Origin: Planctomycetota bacterium
Lineage (GTDB): Bacteria > Planctomycetota > UBA8108 > UBA1146
Assembly (NCBI GenBank): GCA_036338595.1
Contig: JAYZBV010000069.1
Coordinates: 1-28,362 of the forward strand
Direction: 5' to 3'
Length of the DNA stretch: 28,362 bases
Translations under genes and position numbers: made by a program
Shown: piece after piece, positions 18,571 to 25,631 of the stretch
How positions within the stretch are numbered: the stretch's first letter is position 1
How the letters are laid out: every line of letters starts with the position of its first letter
The notes under the pieces: model-generated
Seen by the model: only the letters and a program-made list of their open reading frames with translations
The model's database searches: none
Told to the model about the DNA's origin: nothing

Positions 18571-19606
18571 TGGGTCCCCTACCCCATCTCTGCAGGTGAT
18601 TGGCGACTGCAATCTCGAGCATTTTCTTGACCAGTTCGGGTCCACTGAATCCAGAGAGTTCGGCCGCGATGGGAAGAATGCTGCGTTCGGTGCACCCGGG
18701 AACCGTATTGGTCTCCAGGTAGACCGGGCCGTCAGCCGTCAATATCAGGTCGGTCCGGCTGGCGGTGCCCAGATCCAGTTCCAGATGCATCTGCCGTATC
18801 TCCTGCGCGATCTGCATCCATTCCTCCGGACTGAGTGCAGCGTGAATTTCCTGTGCTGCACCAGCGGTATACTTGGCCTCGTAATCGAAGATCTCCCGTC
18901 CATCATCCAGTACGATCTCGATCGGTTGTAGGAGTTGTGGCAACGATCCTCTGGCGGATCCGAGGCAAGCAATGGAGAGCTCTCTCCCCACGACTCTCTG
19001 TTCGATCAGTACCAGGCTTGTCTCCTCGAACAGGGTCTCGATGAACTCCTGCAGTTCCAGCGGGTTGTTGACCAGTTTGAGTCCGATGGAAGAGCCGCCC
19101 ATCGGATCCTTGACGATGCATGGATAGTGCACCTCGTTGGCGACCCCTGCGAGGACATCGTCTTTCCGACGAGCCCACACCTCTTCATGCACCACGGCCC
19201 CCACTGCGACCTGCATTCCGATTCCGCGCAATCTTTGACGAAAGGTGATCTTGCACGCCGAGACAGCACTGCCGGCGACTCCCGCACCCGTATGGGCGAG
19301 TTTGAAGCAGGACAGGAGCGCAGCGAGGGTACCGTCTTCTCCCGCACCACCATGGAGTGCGTTGAACACCGCCTCGATTCCGGAGTCGACCTGTAACTGC
19401 AGCAGGTCACAGGGATGTACCGGCTCCCCCAGTTGCTCCAGATCATCGACGGGGCAAGTCATCCACCCATCCTCATCCCAACGCACCGGAACCGGCTCGA
19501 TACCGGCCTCCTTGAGCCAGCCGATGACGGCGCGTGCACTCTGGATGGAGATATTTCTTTCGCTCCAGTTGCCGCCATAGATGACGGGCACATGGTTCGA
19601 TACCAT
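18560..19606 (-). CDS. ddl: D-alanine--D-alanine ligase
   Basis: VIYGGNWSERNIS, FNALHGGAGEDG, GGSSIG, EQRVVGRELS, omega loop FDYEAKY, RTDLIL and YLETNTVPG. Start at ATG 19606 (MVSNHVPVIYGG), 7 nt after the upstream stop. Confidence 0.92.
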   Translation of the reverse strand: MVSNHVPVIYGGNWSERNISIQSARAVIGWLKEAGIEPVPVRWDEDGWMTCPVDDLEQLGEPVHPCDLLQLQVDSGIEAVFNALHGGAGEDGTLAALLSCFKLAHTGAGVAGSAVSACKITFRQRLRGIGMQVAVGAVVHEEVWARRKDDVLAGVANEVHYPCIVKDPMGGSSIGLKLVNNPLELQEFIETLFEETSLVLIEQRVVGRELSIACLGSARGSLPQLLQPIEIVLDDGREIFDYEAKYTAGAAQEIHAALSPEEWMQIAQEIRQMHLELDLGTASRTDLILTADGPVYLETNTVPGCTERSILPIAAELSGFSGPELVKKMLEIAVANHLQRWGRGPSAS

Positions 19607-19613
19607 CGTCTTG

Positions 19614-20654
19614 TTACCTGTTCCTCTCCACGGCGAAGCGCGCGATCTGTTCAAAGGTTGCGTGCAACTCCTGGGGCACTCCGGGGAGCTCCCGGAACAG
19701 ATGGATGCCCTTATCAGCGCGATCGTTGGCCTGGATTCTGGCAAATTCTATCGCACCGCAATCGTGGAACAGTGAGATCACCCACTCCACATCTTCATCA
19801 CTGGTCAGGACCCTCTCCTGTAGCATCACATCGACGAGGCGGTTCTTTTGCTCCTGTGACAGTTGGCCTCGCTCAAGCGCATGAGCATACAGTATCGAGG
19901 GCTTCCCTTCTCGAATGTCATTTCCCAGCTGTCCTGCACGCCCCTTACTGCTGGTCAGATCGAGCAGATCATCTTGAATCTGGAAGGCAGGGCCGAGGTG
20001 GTCGCCGATCGACCAGAGTTGATCGATGGCGTGTTGACTCCACCGGGCGGCGATGGCGACCGCCACCATTCCCAGCGCCAGATATCTACCGGTCTTGGCC
20101 CGCACCGCCTGTTCGTATCGATCGAGACCAAAATCTGCATCTCCTCTTCCATCGAGATCGTATTGCTGACCGAGCACGGTACGACTGTGGACATCTTGAA
20201 CCGCGCTCAGCAACTGTGAGCGAACCTCATCCGGGAGGTGCATCCTTGACACCTCGAGATAAACAGCAGAAAGCAACCAGTCCGCAGCATTGAGAGCGGT
20301 CGAGATTCCATGACTTTTCCAGAGGGTGGGCTGATCGCGGCGCCACTCATCGCCATCTTGAATATCGTCGTGAATCAAAAAGGCGCTGTGCAACCACTCC
20401 GTCAGGCATGCAATTCGCTCCGCATCGTCGCGGGCTACCCCGAGAGAATCGCCGAACCAGAGCGCCAATAGCGGTCTGAAACGTTTGCCGCCACTCGTCG
20501 ATCGCTCCAGTGCTGCCTGAAGCACGGCAGAGGGAACCAGGGCCAGACGTGCCGATATGGCCGCTGCGAGGCGATCTTCTGACCGACTGAGCGCTCTCGG
20601 GAGCGAGTACAGGGAGGCGGTCGCCGGGTCCTCGTTCGCCCCCTCGTCATCCAT
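19614..20654 (-). CDS. Trans-polyprenyl diphosphate synthase (GGPP synthase/IdsA-like)
   Basis: GGKRFRP, first Asp-rich motif HSAFLIHDDIQDGDEWRR, GQQYDL, KTG, second Asp-rich motif FQIQDDLLD, and DIREGKPS. Confidence 0.93.
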   Translation of the reverse strand: MDDEGANEDPATASLYSLPRALSRSEDRLAAAISARLALVPSAVLQAALERSTSGGKRFRPLLALWFGDSLGVARDDAERIACLTEWLHSAFLIHDDIQDGDEWRRDQPTLWKSHGISTALNAADWLLSAVYLEVSRMHLPDEVRSQLLSAVQDVHSRTVLGQQYDLDGRGDADFGLDRYEQAVRAKTGRYLALGMVAVAIAARWSQHAIDQLWSIGDHLGPAFQIQDDLLDLTSSKGRAGQLGNDIREGKPSILYAHALERGQLSQEQKNRLVDVMLQERVLTSDEDVEWVISLFHDCGAIEFARIQANDRADKGIHLFRELPGVPQELHATFEQIARFAVERNR

Positions 20655-20863
20655 CTAACCTCTATCCTGAACAGGGTTTACACGACATTCGCTGGGCCAG
20701 ATACTGGACCTACCTGGCCAGGCAAGGTGTGATCTACAGCTCAGCCATGGCCAGAATGTACGGAAGCCTTGTCCCAGCACCCAGGAGACCCGGATGAACC
20801 TAGGTGTCGCCGTACCTCATGTCAAGACTGGCGTGGAGCACGGAAACCTACCTGAGGCACTGC

Positions 20864-20891
20864 TTTACACACATCCTGGGTGGGTTAGAAT
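20864..20891 (+). promoter_or_regulatory. Putative sigma70-type promoter for the cohesin/dockerin gene
   Basis: TTTACA (20864-20869), 16-nt spacer, TAGAAT (20886-20891). Each hexamer matches consensus at 5/6 within a GC-rich intergenic region. Confidence 0.6.
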
Positions 20892-20901
20892 CGACCCTTA
20901 G

Positions 20902-20971
20902 GGTGGGTTTATTCTCGCTTGCGAGTATGGAACCTGCCCACCAAAGGCCCGGGTCAATCCCGAATTGACCC
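20902..20971 (+). promoter_or_regulatory. Two stem-loops/inverted repeats in the predicted 5' leader
   Basis: GGTGGG...CTCG-CTTG-CGAG...CCCACC (20902-20942), and perfect GGGTCAAT-N5-ATTGACCC (20951-20971). Confidence 0.45.
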
Positions 20972-20990
20972 ATGAAAAACGGGAGTGATC

Positions 20991-22244
20991 ATGCTACGCC
21001 GCGTGGATCACCATGACATCCTGGATACGACTCCCCCTCAGGGAGTTGCGAGGGCGATGTTCATCACGCTCGCGCTGATGTTCTCGTTTCTAGCCTGCTC
21101 CGTGACCCTCGATGCTCAGGTCAATAGTGGTAGTTTTGGTGGCCCCGTCATCGAACTCGGCGATGCCATCATCTTCCCCGGTGAAGACCATGCCCTGGTT
21201 CCGGTCCTGATCACCAGCGAGACCGAGATCGTCTCCTGGCAGATGGGCCTGGAGTATGACGAGTTGCTGCTCTCCTTCGATGAAATCATCTTCACAGGTA
21301 CAGAGAGCGAACTGCTGCAGCCGATCCTCATACCCAGTCCTGCACTTCCTCCCTACAGCGGACTTCAGGTCATCTATGCCGGCGGCAATGCACTGCCTGC
21401 TGGAACCTCGGTGCTTGCGGCTTACCTCAAACTGTCGCTGGTCGATCTCGATTTGATTCCAGATGGAGGTTCCGCAGGCTCTGGAGTCGGCGGAATCGCC
21501 AATGAGGGCAATCCAGTACTGCTCACTGACCTGAGTGGAAACGCTGTGATTCCGACGGTCATACCGGGAACCGTCACCGCCTTCGACTTCCCGCTCTTTC
21601 TCATCGAAAGTCAGCAAGGTACGGCGCTCGATACGGTGCTCTCGATACCGATCAGAGCATGGACCGATGGCCCGGTGACCACCTTTGCCATGGGCCTCGA
21701 ATATGACGAGTGGATCGTCTGCGAACTGACGATTCAGGGTAGCGATTTCGACGACCTCACTCAGGGCGAGTGGACCGTCAGCGAGCAGATCACTGCGACC
21801 GGCATCGAAATCACACTCGAATCCACCGGTGGCCCCGTGCCTGCACTGTCCGGAGAGACCCTGGGTTTCCTGGTGATCGCCATGCCGCCATCGGCTCCCT
21901 CCTCGTGGGTCATCGATCTGGTCGATGGAGCTTCGTTTGTGGATCAGACGCCGGTAGGAAATCTGCTCGATGGCTTCATCACATGGTGGGATCACTTCAT
22001 TCGAGGAGATGCGAACCTGGATACGTCGATAGATCTCTCCGATGTAGAAACCATCCTGGCAGGTGCCTACAGAGGCATCCCCTTGCCGTGCCAGGATGCT
22101 GCAGACATGAACGACGACGGCGCCATCGACATCTCCGATGCGATCACGGCACTCCAATACCTCTTCTCGGGGTCTCCGCAGCCACCTGCACCCTTCCCTG
22201 ACGCAGGCCCGGACACCACGGACGATCCACTCGGCTGCCTGTAA
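20991..22244 (+). CDS. Secreted protein with two cohesin-like beta-sandwich repeats and a C-terminal dockerin type I-like domain
   Basis: Signal peptide MFITLALMFSFLACSVTLDA-Q (alternative start 21057). MGLEYDE repeats 149 aa apart. C-terminal duplicated EF-hand-like loops GDANLDTSIDLSD and ADMNDDGAIDISD. ATG 20991 follows GGGAG. Confidence 0.8.
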   Translation: MLRRVDHHDILDTTPPQGVARAMFITLALMFSFLACSVTLDAQVNSGSFGGPVIELGDAIIFPGEDHALVPVLITSETEIVSWQMGLEYDELLLSFDEIIFTGTESELLQPILIPSPALPPYSGLQVIYAGGNALPAGTSVLAAYLKLSLVDLDLIPDGGSAGSGVGGIANEGNPVLLTDLSGNAVIPTVIPGTVTAFDFPLFLIESQQGTALDTVLSIPIRAWTDGPVTTFAMGLEYDEWIVCELTIQGSDFDDLTQGEWTVSEQITATGIEITLESTGGPVPALSGETLGFLVIAMPPSAPSSWVIDLVDGASFVDQTPVGNLLDGFITWWDHFIRGDANLDTSIDLSDVETILAGAYRGIPLPCQDAADMNDDGAIDISDAITALQYLFSGSPQPPAPFPDAGPDTTDDPLGCL

Positions 22245-22354
22245 GCGGACTCTGCCGCTGTTCGGTTGATCCAATCGGAATTCAGATTTACCCTCCTGTA
22301 GGGTCAGCCGTAGAGTTGCACCCTACTGTGCTCACCCTGACATAAGGAGACCGG

Positions 22355-22978
22355 ATGGCATTTGAACTCCCGGAATTGCCCTACGCTTTCGATGCGCTGG
22401 AACCACACATCGACGCCCAGACGATGGAGATTCACCATGGCAAGCACCACGCTGCCTATGTCACCAATCTCAATGCGGCCCTGGCCGAGAATTCCCAGTG
22501 GCAAGACGCCAGCATCTCGGATCTGTGCCGAAATATTGCCGAGGTTCCCGAGTCGATTCGAGGGGCTGTGCGTAACAACGGGGGTGGTCACTTCAACCAC
22601 GACCTGTTCTGGAAATCGATGAGTCCAGACGGTGGAGGAACTCCTGGTGGAGACCTCGCTGCAGCGATCGATACCACGTTCGGAAGTTTTGACGGATTCA
22701 AGGATGCCTTCGCGACCGCCGCCAAGACTCGCTTCGGAAGCGGATGGGCGTGGCTCTGCCAGAACTCGGATGGCACCGTGTGCGTCTGCTCCAGTGCCAA
22801 TCAGGACAACCCGTGGATGGCAGGTGTTGCGGACTGTGTCGGTACACCGCTGCTGGGACTCGACGTCTGGGAACACGCCTATTACCTCAACTACCAGAAC
22901 CGACGTCCGGATTACATCGAGGCTTTCTGGAATGTGGTCGATTGGTCTGCGGTCGAAGCACGCTTCGTGACTGCCTGA
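22355..22978 (+). CDS. sodA: Superoxide dismutase, Fe/Mn family (Mn-type signature)
   Basis: [41 protein letters not shown] and [16 protein letters not shown]. Confidence 0.97.
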   Translation: MAFELPELPYAFDALEPHIDAQTMEIHHGKHHAAYVTNLNAALAENSQWQDASISDLCRNIAEVPESIRGAVRNNGGGHFNHDLFWKSMSPDGGGTPGGDLAAAIDTTFGSFDGFKDAFATAAKTRFGSGWAWLCQNSDGTVCVCSSANQDNPWMAGVADCVGTPLLGLDVWEHAYYLNYQNRRPDYIEAFWNVVDWSAVEARFVTA

Positions 22979-23033
22979 TTCCGATCGTATTGTGAGGGGC
23001 TTGCTGTAGGGAACCGTGAAGAGGGGGCAGCAG

Positions 23034-23954
23034 ATGGTCTGGAATCCTGAGGGATCCACAGTCCTGGAGGTTCTTCCACCCACTCTGAAAAGCGGGCTCG
23101 AGGGACTCCACAGGCGGCTATCCCGCATCCGGCGACTCATCGAGAATGGCGACTTCGACGCCGTCAACATCCCCGAAATCCACGATGAAGAGAATCGCAA
23201 TGACCGCGGTCATCGCAGACATGAATACTCTGCCCGCATGCAACCGAGGGAGCTGGGGCGAAGAATTCAGGATGAACTGGGAATTCCTGCGATCGTCAAT
23301 CATGTCGTTTCATTTGACCCGGCCGACCAATTGCTGGATTGGGTGCACGACACGGTTCACGTGCATGATGTTCATAATCTGGTACTCGTCGGAGCTCCAC
23401 ACGATCGAAGACAGTGGCCCGGCCCTGCCGTGAGTGAGGCGAATCAGTTGATTCGCCAGCACTTTGCCCCCGGTGAGGTGTGCATCGGAAACATCTGCAT
23501 TCCGCAGCGCGAGGATAGCCCCATTTCGGAGGCGGTTCGGATGGAGCAGAAAGCACGCGCCGGAGCTGACTTCTTCTCGACCCAGATCATCTTCGAGGCG
23601 GATGATATCTTCTCGCTGCTGTCAGACCTGCAAGATCAGGCTCCCACGGGCTGCCAGGTGCCTCTGCTGGTGAGCCTCTGTCCGGTCAGGCGGATGCGCC
23701 AGCTAGGTTTCCTGCGCTACCTCGGAGTGCGGGTCCCGGACAACCTGGAAGCCCTTCTGGCAACGGTTCCGGAAGCGGATTGCCTCGATCTCTCCCTGGA
23801 GATCCTCAGCGACCTGCAGGGCACCCTGATCGATCATCAACACCAGCATCAGAGTGGACCCCTCCTGGGCTGGAACATCGCCCCCGTGGGGCCAATTCCG
23901 ATCGATGCCATCGAGACTCTGATGGAGAGATTGCCCGGATCCATTCGCTCCTGA
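23034..23954 (+). CDS. Methylenetetrahydrofolate reductase-like TIM-barrel protein (resembles the mycobacterial type)
   Basis: LEVLPP (catalytic Glu position), AVNIP, LVLVG, GNICIPQR and RMEQKARAGADFFSTQIIF (MTHFR KxxAGAxFxxTQ motif). Start is ATG 23034 (after GAGGGG) or GTG 23016. Confidence 0.75.
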   Translation: MVWNPEGSTVLEVLPPTLKSGLEGLHRRLSRIRRLIENGDFDAVNIPEIHDEENRNDRGHRRHEYSARMQPRELGRRIQDELGIPAIVNHVVSFDPADQLLDWVHDTVHVHDVHNLVLVGAPHDRRQWPGPAVSEANQLIRQHFAPGEVCIGNICIPQREDSPISEAVRMEQKARAGADFFSTQIIFEADDIFSLLSDLQDQAPTGCQVPLLVSLCPVRRMRQLGFLRYLGVRVPDNLEALLATVPEADCLDLSLEILSDLQGTLIDHQHQHQSGPLLGWNIAPVGPIPIDAIETLMERLPGSIRS

Positions 23955-24167
23955 ACCGATGTTCGACCGGGGTGATCGCCGCCGCCCGGAATCGATTCTG
24001 GAAATCGTTCGAGTTCCCTTTTCTCGCTCCCGTGGTGCCCTAAGATCTCGTTGTGCCCGGGGCAGGCTGCCCCTGCTGCGCACGCCTGTTCGAAGGTTGC
24101 AGCCCACCGCGGAGGTCGTGTGTTTCTGCTCACCTGCTCCGAAAATGCCGCCGTGAACTGGCTCCCG

Positions 24168-24539
24168 ATGCTCGCAGTCACAGGAGACTATGAACTCCAT
24201 GCACTGCTCGCCTACGCCGGGGTCGCAGTGATCGTGGGCGTCGCCTTGCTGCTGCTTTCAGAGTTGCTCGGTCCCAGGCGCAAAGATGTTCAGAAGGAAA
24301 CGATCTACGAGTGCGGTGTGCCACTGCTAGACGATGCGCGAGAGCCGTTCACGGTGAAGTTCTACCTCGTTGCGATTCTCTTCATCTTGTTTGATATCGA
24401 GACTGTTTTCCTGCTCCCTTACGCAGTGATCTACAAGCAACTGGGGGTGGTCGGATTGATCGAGATGGGCGCATTCATCTTCGTGCTCACCAGCGGTCTG
24501 GTCTATCTGTGGCGGAGAGGAGCTCTTGAATGGGACTAG
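24168..24539 (+). CDS. nuoA: NADH-quinone oxidoreductase subunit A
   Basis: [18 protein letters not shown] and GALEWD, with three TM helices. Start uncertain (ATG 24168 or GTG 24153). Confidence 0.95.
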   Translation: MLAVTGDYELHALLAYAGVAVIVGVALLLLSELLGPRRKDVQKETIYECGVPLLDDAREPFTVKFYLVAILFILFDIETVFLLPYAVIYKQLGVVGLIEMGAFIFVLTSGLVYLWRRGALEWD

Positions 24540-25021
24540 AAAGCCTGATGGGTGGAGAAGGGTTTCTCACCACGACGGTCAACAGCATCGTCAACTGGGG
24601 CCGCAAGAACGCACTATGGCCGATGCCTTTCGGCACGGCTTGCTGCGCCATCGAGATGATGGCGACCTTTTCCGGTCGCTATGACATCTCTCGCTTCGGA
24701 GCAGAGGTGGTGCGATTCAGCCCCCGCCAGGCCGACCTGCTCATCGTCAGTGGAAGAATCTCGCTCAAGATGATGCCTGTCCTGCAGAAAATTTACCGCC
24801 AGATGCCGGAGCCGAAATGGGTCATCTCGATGGGAGCCTGTGCCTCGTGCGGTGGAGTCTTTGACACCTACACCCTGATTCAGGGCGTCGATCAGTTCAT
24901 GCCTGTCGATGTCTATGTGCCCGGCTGCCCTCCTCGCCCCGAGTCCTTGCTCGATGCTCTGTTTGAAGTTCAGAAACTCGTCGGCCAGGAGCGATTCGAC
25001 AGCGGAAAGCACGGTAGCTGA
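24530..25021 (+). CDS. nuoB: NADH-quinone oxidoreductase subunit B
   Basis: [32 protein letters not shown] and [10 protein letters not shown] (N2 cluster ligands). Confidence 0.97.
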   Translation: MGLESLMGGEGFLTTTVNSIVNWGRKNALWPMPFGTACCAIEMMATFSGRYDISRFGAEVVRFSPRQADLLIVSGRISLKMMPVLQKIYRQMPEPKWVISMGACASCGGVFDTYTLIQGVDQFMPVDVYVPGCPPRPESLLDALFEVQKLVGQERFDSGKHGS

Positions 25022-25022
25022 T

Positions 25023-25631
25023 ATGGCCGCAAACGATGCTGCCTACGATGCCCTTGATTCTGACCTCCAATCACTGGTCATCGACCAGGCGGAGCATCAG
25101 GGCCAGGTCGCGCTCACTTGCAAGGCAGAGCACCAGCGCCAACTACTCGAGCACTTTCGAAATGAGCAGGGATACGATTACCTGGTCGATGTGACTGCTC
25201 TGGACCATCTCGGGATGGACCGCCCGGAACGATTCGAGGTCGTCTACGTACTGCGAAGAATCGGCGCTTCTGGTCACCAGTTTCGCCTCCATGTCTGGCT
25301 CAGCGAGGATCAGGCGGTACTGCCGAGCGTGTTCGATCTGTGGGATTCGGCGAGGTGGGGAGAGCGCGAGACGCACGACATGTTCGGAATCGTCTTCCAG
25401 GGAAATCCAGATCTGAGAAGGCTACTGATGCCTGAAGACTATCCAGCATTTCCACTTCTCAAGGATTACCCCCTCAAAGGAGCAGGCGAACGCCGCCAGT
25501 TCACGCGCGTGGTTCCACGTGGCGACCAGATGGTCGAAGAGGAACCGGAAGACTATCCGACCAGCATCGGAAGAGGGATGCACACTCCTGAGTACGAGGA
25601 GGAGGTCCGACGTGACTCCAAGCCCAGATAA
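25023..25631 (+). CDS. nuoC: NADH-quinone oxidoreductase subunit C
   Basis: YLVDVTALD, RFEVVY, ERETHDMFGIVFQGNPDLRRLL and PLLKDYPL. ATG 25023 lies just after the nuoB stop. Confidence 0.95.
   Translation: MAANDAAYDALDSDLQSLVIDQAEHQGQVALTCKAEHQRQLLEHFRNEQGYDYLVDVTALDHLGMDRPERFEVVYVLRRIGASGHQFRLHVWLSEDQAVLPSVFDLWDSARWGERETHDMFGIVFQGNPDLRRLLMPEDYPAFPLLKDYPLKGAGERRQFTRVVPRGDQMVEEEPEDYPTSIGRGMHTPEYEEEVRRDSKPR

Noticed and set aside
21090..22274. 394-aa antisense ORF over the cohesin/dockerin gene
   Set aside because: Mirror-frame ORF with no recognisable domain. The + strand has the promoter, SD, signal peptide and domain motifs.
22304..23200. 298-aa - strand ORF across sodA
   Set aside because: Antisense shadow of sodA and the MTHFR-like gene.
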